Shown here: one piece after another, positions 19,937 through 30,787 of the stretch
Position numbering within the stretch: the stretch's first letter is position 1
How the letters are laid out: each line of letters begins with the position of its first letter
NCBI GenBank assembly: GCA_039208735.1
Contig: JBCCQY010000003.1
Coordinates: forward strand, 79,490-143,489
DNA: 64,000 nucleotides
Source of the DNA: Myxococcota bacterium
Lineage (GTDB): Bacteria > Myxococcota_A > UBA796 > GCA-2862545
Direction: 5' to 3'
Made by a program: the position numbers and the translations under genes
The notes under the pieces: generated by a model
Told to the model about the DNA's origin: nothing
The model's input: the letters and a program-made list of their open reading frames with translations, nothing else
Databases searched by the model: none

Positions 19937-22900
19937 GTGCGCAATAAACTACACACCTGCCCCGGGTCGCCGGGTCTGTACCGTTCTGACTTCGAGCATG
20001 ATGCTTGCGGCATGGGTTTTGTGGCTCAACTCCAGGGCCACAAATCTCGCCAGATCCTGCTCGATGCTCTTCATGTCCTCGAGCGACTAAGCCACCGCGC
20101 GGCTGCGGGCGCCGATGCTCAGACCGGCGATGGCGCGGGCGTCTTGCTCCAGCTTCCCCATCGCTTCTTCAAGCGCGCGGGGCTCGAGCGGGGCTTCGAC
20201 ATGCCACGACGCCGCCGATATGCAGTTGGACAGCTCTTTCTGCCCCTGGATCCCAAGGCACGAGAGGCCTGTGAACGCATCGTTGAACAGGTCATCGAGG
20301 AAGAGGGCCAGCGCGTCATTGGTTGGCGCGATGTGCCCGTCGATATCGAGGCTTCGGGGCCGATTGCTCGGGAGGTTCGACCTGCCTTTCGCCAGATTTA
20401 CGTCGGACGGCGTCGCGTCCCCCCGACCGCCTTTCAACGGGTGCTTTACGTCATTCGTAAGCGCTTCGAAGAACGAATTCGACAATCTGGTGTCGACCCA
20501 GAAGGGCGGTTCCACTGCGCAAGTTTGTCGGCAGAGACCATTGTCTACAAGGGTTTGTTACAACCGTCGCAACTTTTTTCCTTTTACGAGGATCTTCGCG
20601 CCGACGATATGGTGACGGCAATCGCGTTGGTTCACTCAAGGTTCTCGACGAATACCTTTCCGACCTGGGATCTCGCTCAACCCTTCCACTATGTCTGCCA
20701 CAACGGGGAGATCAACACGCTAAGGGGGAATCGGAATTGGACCCGCGCCCGCCGATCCACCCTCCAATCTGCAAAATTTCCTGGAGGCCTTGAACGGTTG
20801 GGGCCTCTCATCGTTCCGGGAACGAGCGATTCGGCACAGTTCGACAACATGCTCGAGCTGCTCCACCTTGGGGGACGAAGCCTGCCCCAAGCCATGATGA
20901 TGATGATTCCTGAGGCGTGGCGGGGGAATCCCTCGATGCCGGAGGCCCGACGGGATTTCTATCGCTACACCGAGGCGCTCATCGAGCCCTGGGACGGTCC
21001 GGCCGCCATGGCGTTCACCGATGGGACGTTGGTGGGGGCCACCCTCGACCGGAACGGACTTCGGCCGGCCCGCTACCTCGTGACCGATGACGACCGGGTG
21101 GTCCTGGCGTCTGAGACCGGTGTGATCGACATCTCGCCCGAACGGGTTCGGGCAAAGGGGCGTCTTCAACCGGGTCGCATGTTGGTCATCGACACCGAAC
21201 AGGGCCGCATCCTTCGCGACGACGAGGTCAAGGCCGACATCGTGTCGCGCTACCCCTACGGGCGCTGGCTCGCGAAGAATGTCTACGAAGTGGACCGTAC
21301 GGCTGATGACATTCGCATTCGCCCCGGCCAACCCTTTTATGGCATTCCGCCATTCCCCGATGGAGCCGTCGGTCCGGTTCCGGATTCAGAGGCCATCCGT
21401 CGCCAACAACTCGCGTTTGGCTACACCGATGAAGACATCGACGTCCTGGTGGCGCCGATGGCCCGTGACGGCGCGGAGCCGATCGGGGCGATGGGCAACG
21501 ATGCCCCGTTGGCCTGCCTCTCGGACCAAGCGCCGCCCTTGCCTCGCTATTTCCATCAGCTCTTCGCCCAGGTGACGAACCCGCCTATCGATCCCATCCG
21601 GGAAGCGGTGGTGATGTCGTTGGCCACGGCGTTGGGGCCAGGCGGCAACACGTTCGAGGAGACCCCCGAGCAGTGCCATGTGTTGCAGCTCGAGTCGCCG
21701 ATTCTGACGAACGAAAAGCTGGAAAAGATCGCGAACATTCGTGAAGGGGTGTTCGAGTCTGTGCGTCTCGATCTCACGTTTGACGTGGCGGCGGGGCCCG
21801 ACGGACTCGAACCTGCGATTGAGGCGCTTTGTGAGGCGGCGTCGGCTCGGGTGGACGAGGGGATGAGCGTCCTCATTCTCTCGGACCGGGCGGTCGATGC
21901 AGACCACGCCCCGATTCCTGCATTGCTCGCAGTCAGTGCGGTTCATCAACACTTGGTACGCGAGGGTTCACGCCTGCAGGTAGGGCTCGTTCTCGAAACT
22001 GCAGAGGCGAGGGAAGTCCACGATTTCGCGTGTTTGCTTGGCTACGGGGTGGGGGCGATCAACCCCTACCTTGCGCTCGACACGGTGCACGATCTAGTGC
22101 GCGAGGGGCGCGTCGAGGGCGACCCCGACCGGGCGGTGGCCCGCTACGTGCGTGCGGTCGAAAAGGGGCTGCTCAAGGTGCTCTCGAAGATGGGAATCTC
22201 CACCCTGACATCGTACCGAGGGGCCCAGATTTTCGAGGCGGTGGGCCTCGATCCTGCGGTCATCGATCGCTACTTCACGGGCACCCCTTCGCGCATTGGC
22301 GGCTTGGACCTGGCCGACATTGGGCGAGAAGCGCTCACGAGACATGACCGCGCAAGCTATGCCGCGGCCGTCGCGCCCGGGTTGCCGACCGGTGGGGACT
22401 ACCGCTGGCGCCGTCGGGGAGAGCGGCACAAATGGACCCCCTCCACGATCACAGCGTTGCAACAAGCCACCCGGGTTCCGGGAGGCAACGCGCAGGCGTT
22501 CGAGCGCTTCTGCGCGCTGGTCGACGAAGAAGACGAGGCGCGATGCACCCTGCGCGGTCTCCTTGAATTTGATGTTGAGCCATCGTCGGCCATTCCTCTT
22601 GGCGAGGTCGAACCGGTCGAGGCCATCGCCCGTCGCTTCGTGACCGGTGCAATGTCGTTCGGCTCGCTGTCCCCCGAAGCCCACGAGACGCTGGCCATCG
22701 CCATGAACCGGCTGGGGGGACGGTCAAACTCCGGTGAGGGAGGCGAGGAGCCCCATCGCTTCTTCCCCGATCCGGACGGGACGGATCGGGGCTCGCGCAT
22801 CAAGCAGGTGGCTTCTGGTCGGTTTGGCGTCACCGCGCACTACCTCGTGAACGCAAACGACCTTCAAATCAAGATGGCCCAAGGCGCAAAGCCCGGTGAA

Positions 22901-24535
22901 GGCGGCCAGCTGCCGGGGCACAAAGTGGATGTGCGAATCGCCAGGGTACGGCATTCGACGCCGGGGGTTTCGCTGATTTCGCCCCCGCCCCACCACGACA
23001 TCTACTCGATCGAAGACCTGGCTCAGCTGATCTACGACCTACAAGCCATCAATCCGGACGCTCGGGTTAGCGTGAAGCTCGTGAGCGAAGTGGGGGTGGG
23101 CACCGTCGCTGCGGGCGTGGCGAAGGCCTACGCGGGCTGTGTGGTCATCGCCGGCATGGATGGCGGGACAGGTGCCTCGCCTCTTTCGAGCCTCAAGCGA
23201 GCCGGCCTGCCGTGGGAGTTGGGCCTGTCAGAGACCCACCAGGTGCTGACGCGAAACCGGTTGCGGGATCGCATTCGGGTGCAAGTCGACGGGGGGATTC
23301 GGACGGGTCGTGACCTCGCCATTGCAACGCTGCTCGGCGCCGAGGAGTGGGGCGTGGCCACGGCCGCGTTGGTTGTGGAAGGCTGCATCTTGCTGCGCAA
23401 GTGCCACAAAAACACGTGCTCGGTGGGAATTGCGACCCAAAATCCTGCGCTGCGGGCTCGCTTTGCGGGCTCGCCAGACCACGTCGTGACGTACTTCACG
23501 CTTTTGGCCGAGCATCTGCGCAGCATCATGGCCAAGCTCGGTTTTCGGACTGTCGACGAGATGGTGGGCCGGGTGGACCGCTTGCGTCCGAAGAAGGTGC
23601 TGCCCCATGAGAAGGCCGCGACCCTCGACCTGCAAGCCATCATTGCTCCAGTGGGCGTTCCCGAGGATTGGCCACGCCGTTGCGCGACGCCGCAGCGGGT
23701 TGATCAGCAGGCCCATCTCGACCATCGGATCTTGGAAGCGGCTCCGGCTCCCTGGGACGACGAGGTCCGATTGGCTTTGCCCATTCGCAACGTGGATCGA
23801 GCTGTGGGAACTCGACTATCGGGTGAGGTCGCGCGACTGCACGGGGCCAACGGTCTTCCCGAGGGCCGCATCGATGTGACGCTTACGGGCTCGGCGGGTC
23901 AGAGCTTCGGGGCCTTCTTGTCACCGGGCATCACGCTGCGCCTCATAGGCGACGGCAATGACTACGTGGGCAAGGGCCTTTGCGGTGGAATTGTGGCGGC
24001 TCGGCCCCCGGAGGGGTCGCCGTTTGCCGCCGAAGATCAGATCCTTGTGGGCAACGTGGTGCTGTACGGTGCCACGTTTGGCCAGGCCTACATCAACGGC
24101 CGCGCGGGAGAACGGTTTGCGGTGCGCAACAGCGGTGCCGTCGCGGTGGTGGAGGGCACGGGAGACCACGCCTGCGAATACATGACCGGAGGCACGGTGG
24201 TCATCCTGGGTCGAACGGGCCGCAACTTTGGCGCGGGGATGTCGGGTGGCTTTGCCTACGTCTACGACGTTGACCAGCGGTTTCGGGAGCGGTGCAACCT
24301 CGAGACCCTGCGCCTCGATGCCGTTTCAGAGACCGACTGGCGCACCATCATCGACCTCATCGCGCAGCACGTGACGTTCACGGGCAGTTCGCTTGGGAAA
24401 CGTCTGCTTGAACAACCCGGTTTACGCACGAGTTTCGTGAAGGTGGTGCCGCTCGAGTACGAACGTGCGTTGCGGGCGCTCCAGACGTCCACGCCCGTCT
24501 TGGCCGCAAAGGAGGACGCACATGGGTCGCGATGA
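19937..24535 (+). CDS. gltB: Glutamate synthase large subunit
   Basis: HDACGMGF amidotransferase Cys, HSRFSTNTFP, KMAQGAKPGEGGQLPG, CILLRKCHKNTC 3Fe-4S motif, GXGXG domain. Confidence 0.99.
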   Translation: MRNKLHTCPGSPGLYRSDFEHDACGMGFVAQLQGHKSRQILLDALHVLERLSHRAAAGADAQTGDGAGVLLQLPHRFFKRAGLERGFDMPRRRRYAVGQLFLPLDPKAREACERIVEQVIEEEGQRVIGWRDVPVDIEASGPIAREVRPAFRQIYVGRRRVPPTAFQRVLYVIRKRFEERIRQSGVDPEGRFHCASLSAETIVYKGLLQPSQLFSFYEDLRADDMVTAIALVHSRFSTNTFPTWDLAQPFHYVCHNGEINTLRGNRNWTRARRSTLQSAKFPGGLERLGPLIVPGTSDSAQFDNMLELLHLGGRSLPQAMMMMIPEAWRGNPSMPEARRDFYRYTEALIEPWDGPAAMAFTDGTLVGATLDRNGLRPARYLVTDDDRVVLASETGVIDISPERVRAKGRLQPGRMLVIDTEQGRILRDDEVKADIVSRYPYGRWLAKNVYEVDRTADDIRIRPGQPFYGIPPFPDGAVGPVPDSEAIRRQQLAFGYTDEDIDVLVAPMARDGAEPIGAMGNDAPLACLSDQAPPLPRYFHQLFAQVTNPPIDPIREAVVMSLATALGPGGNTFEETPEQCHVLQLESPILTNEKLEKIANIREGVFESVRLDLTFDVAAGPDGLEPAIEALCEAASARVDEGMSVLILSDRAVDADHAPIPALLAVSAVHQHLVREGSRLQVGLVLETAEAREVHDFACLLGYGVGAINPYLALDTVHDLVREGRVEGDPDRAVARYVRAVEKGLLKVLSKMGISTLTSYRGAQIFEAVGLDPAVIDRYFTGTPSRIGGLDLADIGREALTRHDRASYAAAVAPGLPTGGDYRWRRRGERHKWTPSTITALQQATRVPGGNAQAFERFCALVDEEDEARCTLRGLLEFDVEPSSAIPLGEVEPVEAIARRFVTGAMSFGSLSPEAHETLAIAMNRLGGRSNSGEGGEEPHRFFPDPDGTDRGSRIKQVASGRFGVTAHYLVNANDLQIKMAQGAKPGEGGQLPGHKVDVRIARVRHSTPGVSLISPPPHHDIYSIEDLAQLIYDLQAINPDARVSVKLVSEVGVGTVAAGVAKAYAGCVVIAGMDGGTGASPLSSLKRAGLPWELGLSETHQVLTRNRLRDRIRVQVDGGIRTGRDLAIATLLGAEEWGVATAALVVEGCILLRKCHKNTCSVGIATQNPALRARFAGSPDHVVTYFTLLAEHLRSIMAKLGFRTVDEMVGRVDRLRPKKVLPHEKAATLDLQAIIAPVGVPEDWPRRCATPQRVDQQAHLDHRILEAAPAPWDDEVRLALPIRNVDRAVGTRLSGEVARLHGANGLPEGRIDVTLTGSAGQSFGAFLSPGITLRLIGDGNDYVGKGLCGGIVAARPPEGSPFAAEDQILVGNVVLYGATFGQAYINGRAGERFAVRNSGAVAVVEGTGDHACEYMTGGTVVILGRTGRNFGAGMSGGFAYVYDVDQRFRERCNLETLRLDAVSETDWRTIIDLIAQHVTFTGSSLGKRLLEQPGLRTSFVKVVPLEYERALRALQTSTPVLAAKEDAHGSR

Positions 24536-25967
24536 TGGGTTTTTGCGGTGGTCGCGAGCCTCGGCACCGACGCGTTCGGTCGACGAACGACTCAAGGATT
24601 CTCTTGAGTTTCGAGGCGCTCAATCGACCGAAGCCAGTCACGAACAGGCAGGGCGCTGCATGGACTGTGGCATCCCGTTCTGTCATCAGGGCTGTCCCCT
24701 CGGCAATGAAATCCCCGACTTCAACGATGCGGTGCACCACGGACGTTGGCGTGCGGCGTGGGAACGGCTCTCGGGCACCAATGACTTTCCCGAATTCACG
24801 GGGCGCCTTTGCCCTGCGCCTTGCGAAGCGGCATGCACGCTCGCCATCAATGATGACGCTGTAGCCATCGAGCAGATCGAACTCGACATCGCGGAGCGGG
24901 CCTTCGCCGAAGGATGGGTGCAGCCCATTGAGCCCGCCGTCTCGACGGGCGCCACGGTGGCCATCGTAGGAAGCGGTCCGGCCGGGCTGGCGGCCGCGGC
25001 GAGGCTTCGGGCCGGTGGGCATCGGGTCACCGTGTTCGAGGCAGCGGACCGCATCGGGGGGCTGCTGAGGTACGGCATCCCCGATTTCAAGATGGAAAAG
25101 TCGGTTCTGGACCGTCGCCTAGAGGTGATGGAGGCGTCCGGCATCGACTTTCGCACCGGGGTGCGCATCGGCGTCGATCGAGGCTACGAGGCGCTGCACC
25201 AGGAATACGACGCCGTCCTGTTGGCCATGGGCTCCACACGCCCTCGTGATCTGCCGATCGAAGGCCGAACCTTGGCTGGGGTCACCTTCGCCATGGACTT
25301 CCTCACGCATCACAACCGTCGGGTCGCCGGTCTAGAGGAGGCCCTTTCGGCCCTGTCCGCTCGCGACAAGCGAGTCGTCATCCTTGGGGGTGGCGACACG
25401 GGCTCTGACTGTCTCGGGACGTCGTTGCGCGACGGGGCTCGCGAGGTAGTGCAGATCGAGTTGATGCCGCGACGTCCCCACACCCGCTCCGACGACAATC
25501 CGTGGCCGCACTGGCCGATGATCCACCGCACTTCGTCGAGCCAACAGGAAGGTGGTGTTCGCGAGTTTGCCGTGCGGACCCAACGGTTTGTGGGTACCGA
25601 TGGCCAGGTCACCGCGATCGAAGCGGTGAGGTTGGTCGCCGATGGGGAGGGCCGGCTGGTTCCGGTGCCCGCCAGCACGTTTACGATCGAGGCAGAGCTG
25701 GTCTTGCTGGCCGTCGGGTTTGTAGGGCCAGATCCCCAGGGCCTGAAGAACTTTGGCGTGGAACTCGATGCCCGAGGCAATGTCGCGGCGAAGGGCTACC
25801 GAACGTCGGTGCCTCGGGTCTACGCGGCCGGAGATGCGCGACGAGGCCAAAGCCTTATCGTTTGGGCGATGGCGGAAGGTCGTGAGGCGGCTCGGGCCAT
25901 CGATGCAGACCTTCGGGGGCAAGACAGCGCGTTGCCGACCCGGGGGGCGGACGCTGCGTTTGTGTGA
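24522..25967 (+). CDS. gltD: Glutamate synthase small subunit
   Basis: RCMDCGIPFCHQGCPLGN, FPEFTGRLCPAPCE, GSGPAGL, GGGDTGSDC, GDARRGQSL. Confidence 0.99.
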   Translation: MGRDDGFLRWSRASAPTRSVDERLKDSLEFRGAQSTEASHEQAGRCMDCGIPFCHQGCPLGNEIPDFNDAVHHGRWRAAWERLSGTNDFPEFTGRLCPAPCEAACTLAINDDAVAIEQIELDIAERAFAEGWVQPIEPAVSTGATVAIVGSGPAGLAAAARLRAGGHRVTVFEAADRIGGLLRYGIPDFKMEKSVLDRRLEVMEASGIDFRTGVRIGVDRGYEALHQEYDAVLLAMGSTRPRDLPIEGRTLAGVTFAMDFLTHHNRRVAGLEEALSALSARDKRVVILGGGDTGSDCLGTSLRDGAREVVQIELMPRRPHTRSDDNPWPHWPMIHRTSSSQQEGGVREFAVRTQRFVGTDGQVTAIEAVRLVADGEGRLVPVPASTFTIEAELVLLAVGFVGPDPQGLKNFGVELDARGNVAAKGYRTSVPRVYAAGDARRGQSLIVWAMAEGREAARAIDADLRGQDSALPTRGADAAFV

Positions 25968-25976
25968 GATCGGAGG

Positions 25977-26951
25977 CTAATCCACCGAAACCAGTGGGAA
26001 GAGCTGTAGATTGGTGGCCACAAGCCGCTCCGATCGCTTCGAAGCGGTGGCGAGTCGACGGAGACGCTGGTAGGTCTCGGCGAGAATCGACCTCGCTGCT
26101 TCATAATCGTCGTCCGAGATGACGAACACGGCGAAGCTGAACATGCCCTCAGCGTCTCCCTGGCGTACCCGGTCGGTTCCCAGTTCGGAGACGCGTGCCT
26201 TGAGCCCCGAACCGACGCGCGAAGCTCTGGCTTCGACGGGGGCTACGCTGGTTACGACGTAGCCATCGCCTCGTCGCGCAAGCTGGCCCGATTCCGCCAA
26301 TAGCTTGATTGCGTGCTCGACATCGTCAAGGGGCATGCCAAGCTGTGAGGCGAGCCATGGCGCAACCGGGGGGCGGTCGCGGGTGTGGACCCAGAGTTCG
26401 ACACCAAGCTTTACGAGCTGGGCGGCTGGATATTCGGCCAAGGCCTTTCGGGCGGCTTCGAGTTGGACCCAACGTCGCGTGAGGCTCGGAAGTTTGGCAG
26501 GATCGACCCAGCACGCGGCAAAATCGGCGAGTCGGAATGTCGTGGCCTGAATGAAGCGCAGCAGGTCGGGCAGCCGTGGCGCCGATTCGCCCCGCAGCCA
26601 CCGGACCGCAGCGTGCCGGGTGAATCCGCTGTCCCTGCACAATGCCGTCAACGATCCCGCACGATGCAACAGCCCCAGCAGTTTGCCGAGGTTCGCTTTG
26701 TCGGTCGGGTCGAATTGATCGTCAAGCCAGGGCGGAGCTTGACCTCCGAGGAAGGAGCGCCACGCCTCCACAGGCGAAACCCCCACCCGGCCCGCCACCC
26801 GGTGAAACTCGATGGCCGAGGGGTAACGGTGCCCGTTCTCCCAGGTGTGAGCTACGTTACTTCGCCGTCCGAGTAGCCGTCGAAAGGCTTCCTGGGACCG
26901 ATTCCCGCGGAGAGCCCGAAGTAAGTCAGAAGCGGTTCTTTCAGCGTTCAC
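25977..26951 (-). CDS. Double-HTH DUF4423/TIGR02147-like regulator
   Basis: LLRALRGNRSQ..WENG HTH, second HTH (RWLRGESAPRLPDLL), C-terminal NLQLFPL. Confidence 0.78.
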   Translation of the reverse strand: MNAERTASDLLRALRGNRSQEAFRRLLGRRSNVAHTWENGHRYPSAIEFHRVAGRVGVSPVEAWRSFLGGQAPPWLDDQFDPTDKANLGKLLGLLHRAGSLTALCRDSGFTRHAAVRWLRGESAPRLPDLLRFIQATTFRLADFAACWVDPAKLPSLTRRWVQLEAARKALAEYPAAQLVKLGVELWVHTRDRPPVAPWLASQLGMPLDDVEHAIKLLAESGQLARRGDGYVVTSVAPVEARASRVGSGLKARVSELGTDRVRQGDAEGMFSFAVFVISDDDYEAARSILAETYQRLRRLATASKRSERLVATNLQLFPLVSVD

Positions 26952-27076
26952 TCCCGCAGTTTAGCACAAGCCGAGCGGAATGGCAGGATAGTACGTGCAT
27001 TTCTGATTGCGGAGTCGACGAGCGGGGCAGTAGAGTGGTTCACGGAGCGAGCGTGATGCACCCCATCGGAGAACGC

Positions 27077-27745
27077 ATGAAGCTTCCCATCCTTGTGACG
27101 TTGGTTTCAGGATGCTCGGGTTGGGTCGGGGATATCGGCTTTCTGGAGTGCCCTGAAGTCCCCTTGGGGGACGTCATGCTTGATGAGACGTTGCCGACCC
27201 TTCAGCGTTCGGTGAGGGACCTTCCCGTGTTCGCGGCTTCGCCCTTGCGCACCCGGATTGCCTACGCAGACGGCCGAACCACGGGCGTGTCGGTGCGTGT
27301 TGAACCGCTCAGCGCCACGGTCCAGACGCGATCAGCGGATGAACTCGCCTTCGCCGAGGGGGGCGAATCGTGCCACGAAGTGGTGACGCAGTACCGCATC
27401 GAGGCGTTCACCGATGATGGGGCCTTCTCGTGGTCGAACACCAACCTGGTTTCGCTTGTGTCGGAAGAAGACGCCGAGCAACTCTTGGTGTCGGTTCCCT
27501 TCCACGCCAACCTCGGAGACCACATCCTTGAGGTCAACGACTGGACGAAGGCGTTCCTCGAGGCGCATCCCGAGGTGGCTCCCGAGTCGGTGAAGCCATT
27601 GGTGTACGAACTCGCGCTTGACCTTTCCGAGCCGATTCTGAGCGGCTCGCTCACTCTCATCACGACCCACGACCCTGTGTCGCAAGAGCGTGATGGGCGC
27701 ATCCTCGTCAGCACTTCCACCGAGTGGAGTGTCGCCACTTTCTGA
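27077..27745 (+). CDS. Hypothetical lipoprotein
   Basis: MKLPILVTLVSGC lipobox; divergent from the regulator. Confidence 0.72.
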   Translation: MKLPILVTLVSGCSGWVGDIGFLECPEVPLGDVMLDETLPTLQRSVRDLPVFAASPLRTRIAYADGRTTGVSVRVEPLSATVQTRSADELAFAEGGESCHEVVTQYRIEAFTDDGAFSWSNTNLVSLVSEEDAEQLLVSVPFHANLGDHILEVNDWTKAFLEAHPEVAPESVKPLVYELALDLSEPILSGSLTLITTHDPVSQERDGRILVSTSTEWSVATF

Positions 27746-27765
27746 CCCTCGACCCTGGAGTCGTC

Positions 27766-29202
27766 GTGTCGTATTCGAAAGCCTTGAACCACCCGCTCTG
27801 GGTGGGGGGCCTCGTTTTGCTCATCGCCAATGACCATTTCTTTAAGGGGGCCGGGTTCCTGCCCGGAGTGGTCACCGGCAAACTGTCCGATGTTGCGGGG
27901 TTGATCGTCGCCCCAACCCTGCTCGCGATGCTGCTTGGCCCGCAACGCGTTCGTCGCGCATTCGCTCACCTTGCCGTAGGATTAATGTTTGCCGCCTTGC
28001 AGGTGGTACCGGCCTTTGCCCAGCTCTGGGATGCGGCCCTTGCGTCCGTCGGGATTCCATTCACGACGGTCTCGGATCCCACCGACCTGATCGCACTTCC
28101 TGCTCTGGCCCTGTCGTGGTGGGCGCTCACGCCAAGCGTGGACGCACCGGTACGGCCGATGCGGCTTGGGTTGTTGCAGGGCACCGGACTCCTCGCGTGC
28201 ATCGCGACGAGCCCTCGGGATCGCGAACCGCGGGGTCCATTTGTGACGGAGGTGGAACTGCAGTACCAGGTCGCCCTTCTCAACGACACCGACGCGGTGC
28301 AGAACGTCCTGGTGCGTCAGTTGCGGGGCGACGTCGTGGTGGACTGTGATGCATTGGACGGCCTGACGCCGGGTTCGGTCCTCGTCAGCGAGGTGTTCGA
28401 CACCGCAGTACTTTGGGAATTGGAGCCCAACCGTGCGATTGCGGCACTGGAAAACGTCGAAGAACGTACGTGCCATGCGGTGCTCGTCGATGGCCCGAAT
28501 GTTGAGCCTCATGTGCTGTACTGGCGGTCCCGCAACCCCATTTTTAACGTTCCCATCGCAGGAGATCCCGAGGTGGTCTCCTTGTCTACGTTCGATGACC
28601 AGGGCCGAGGGCTGATTTCGGTCTGGGCCCCGGAACTCGATGGCGAATGCCCCTCGCCATCGGCCCTCGATCGTCTCGATTGGGCGGTTCCCGAGCGTGC
28701 GAAATTCACGGTCCTCGAAGTGGTGCCTGGTCTAGACGGTTGCCTGGCGGTCGAAACGGATTTGCTAAGCGATTCCACCTTGTACGTGTGCATGCCACAG
28801 GAACTCTTCCCCTTTACGACAGGCGACGACGTTGCACTCGACGCATCCAGCGTTCAGCTCTCGCTCACGAGCGATACCTACCAGCTCGATTTGATCCACA
28901 TGACCGAACGCACCTCGCTGCTGAACTTCACGATCGAGCCCGTGAATGTGGAGGGGTGTGGCTGGCGGGTCGAGCCCGAGTGCGGGCATGTAACGGCCGA
29001 TGCCGGGATCCGACTGCAAACGCTCGACGATGGGTCCGCTGTCGTGCGTGCGGGTGAGTTGTACGAAATGTCGTCGAGCGACGACCGAACGATCGCAATG
29101 TTGGTCACGCGAGGCGAGCAACGCGCGGTTTCAGTGGTTGACTGTGGCCGCTTCACGGATCGTTTTGACGTCGACGTCGCGGTCCTCACCAGGGAGCCTT
29201 GA
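27766..29202 (+). CDS. Hypothetical membrane protein with Cys-rich extracellular domain
   Basis: LLIANDHFFK..VTGKLSDVAGL..DPTDLIALPAL membrane domain typical of myxobacterial proteins. Confidence 0.8.
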   Translation: MSYSKALNHPLWVGGLVLLIANDHFFKGAGFLPGVVTGKLSDVAGLIVAPTLLAMLLGPQRVRRAFAHLAVGLMFAALQVVPAFAQLWDAALASVGIPFTTVSDPTDLIALPALALSWWALTPSVDAPVRPMRLGLLQGTGLLACIATSPRDREPRGPFVTEVELQYQVALLNDTDAVQNVLVRQLRGDVVVDCDALDGLTPGSVLVSEVFDTAVLWELEPNRAIAALENVEERTCHAVLVDGPNVEPHVLYWRSRNPIFNVPIAGDPEVVSLSTFDDQGRGLISVWAPELDGECPSPSALDRLDWAVPERAKFTVLEVVPGLDGCLAVETDLLSDSTLYVCMPQELFPFTTGDDVALDASSVQLSLTSDTYQLDLIHMTERTSLLNFTIEPVNVEGCGWRVEPECGHVTADAGIRLQTLDDGSAVVRAGELYEMSSSDDRTIAMLVTRGEQRAVSVVDCGRFTDRFDVDVAVLTREP

Positions 29203-30710
29203 TCATGTGGTTGCGCACGCAAGTGTTGTTGTCGCTCTTTGCCTGTGGGGGCGAGTTCGGGGAGCCGGGCTTGAGCGAGTCGAGTACTCCGGTGTCGGGC
29301 GTAGGGCAGGGGGGAGCCCAAGACTTTGGTCAGTTTAGGCAGATCCTGGATGAGGGCGGCATTCCGGGTCCGGAAACGCTCGACGACGTGGGCTTCTTTG
29401 CCGAGCATCGGTTCGAGTTTCCGGATCCCGATTGTGGCGACGAGATCTGCATCCATGGTCGCTACGGCGCGATGGGCAACATGATCGATGGTTCGATCTG
29501 CACCGTCGTGCTGCTCGGCATGAACACGACCCAAACGCTTGAGACCGTCGAACGTCCGGGCATGAACCTCACCGTGATTGTGGACAAGAGCGGCAGCATG
29601 TCGGGCTCACCGATCGCGGAGGTCCGAGCTGGTCTTACCGCCATGCAGAACGTACTGCAGCCCGACGACCTCGTGACGCTTGTCGCGTTTGGTAGCGATG
29701 TGGAGGTCTTGGTCCAGCAGGCACCGCCGGGTGCACTGCTCCAAGGGGCCATCGCTCAAGTCCAGGCTAGTGGGTCGACCGATCTTTACGAGGGGCTGCG
29801 AATTGGTCTCGAAAACGCCGCTGAGGTCGCTACCCCGGACCGTCAGTCCCGCGTGTTGCTGCTGTCAGACGGTCAGCCGACCGAAGGCATCCAAGACACG
29901 GCCCGCATGTTGGGGCTTGCCGAGGCCTACCAAGACCTTGGGATCTCGTTGTCGACGATTGGGCTCGGCAACAGCTTCGATGCGCCCCTCCTGCGTGACC
30001 TAGCCGAAGAGGGGGCGGGGGCGTTCTATTTCGTCGAAGACGAAACGGCGTTGACCGAGGTGTTCGTCGAGGAGGCCAGTGTGTTTTTGGTTCCGCTCGC
30101 CGAGGATGCCCAGATCGAATTGTCGGTCAACTCGAATTGGGACGTGCGCGGCGTCTTCGGCACGAAGCTCTTTGATTTCCGAAGCGACCGTGCAGACATC
30201 GAGGTGCCCCGGCTTCAACTTGCGGGTCGGACGGATGCGCCAGACACCGCTCCACAGGGTCGACGTGGCGGAGGCGGCGGCATCGTGGTTGAGCTGCTGC
30301 CACAAGGCGACGGAGTGTTGGAAGGCGATGTTGGAACCATCGATCTAAGCTACCGGATCCCCGGCACCGAAGACATCGTCACCCAGCAAGTCACGGTGGA
30401 AGGACCCGAGCAGTTCCGAGATGGCGACCGCTGGTTCTTCGACCCGAGTGTGGAAAAGAGCTTCGTGACCCTCAACCTTTACGTGGCCTTCCAACAGGCC
30501 GCCGAGGCGGCATCACGCGGGGACGATGGGGCCGCTCTAGGCGTGCTCAACGCGGTCGCGGTCAACGTCGCAGAGTGGCTGCAAAGCAATAGCGATTCCG
30601 ACATTCTCGACGATCTCGTCTATGTGGATCGTTTCCGTGAGAATCTACTGGCCCGCACCCCGGAGCCGCAGCTTCCGCCGGAGCCCAACCCTCCGTGGCC
30701 GCAAGACTAA
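29199..30710 (+). CDS. VWA-domain (YfbK-like) lipoprotein
   Basis: VIVDKSGSMSG MIDAS, GSTDLYEGL, LLLSDGQPT, STIGLG. Confidence 0.9.
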   Translation: MIMWLRTQVLLSLFACGGEFGEPGLSESSTPVSGVGQGGAQDFGQFRQILDEGGIPGPETLDDVGFFAEHRFEFPDPDCGDEICIHGRYGAMGNMIDGSICTVVLLGMNTTQTLETVERPGMNLTVIVDKSGSMSGSPIAEVRAGLTAMQNVLQPDDLVTLVAFGSDVEVLVQQAPPGALLQGAIAQVQASGSTDLYEGLRIGLENAAEVATPDRQSRVLLLSDGQPTEGIQDTARMLGLAEAYQDLGISLSTIGLGNSFDAPLLRDLAEEGAGAFYFVEDETALTEVFVEEASVFLVPLAEDAQIELSVNSNWDVRGVFGTKLFDFRSDRADIEVPRLQLAGRTDAPDTAPQGRRGGGGGIVVELLPQGDGVLEGDVGTIDLSYRIPGTEDIVTQQVTVEGPEQFRDGDRWFFDPSVEKSFVTLNLYVAFQQAAEAASRGDDGAALGVLNAVAVNVAEWLQSNSDSDILDDLVYVDRFRENLLARTPEPQLPPEPNPPWPQD

Positions 30711-30787
30711 CCAGCTTGCAGGAGCGTAAGCGACGAAAGCTGGGCCGCGTAGGCCAGCAGGGGCGCAGCGCCGAAGGCCAGCGCTCA

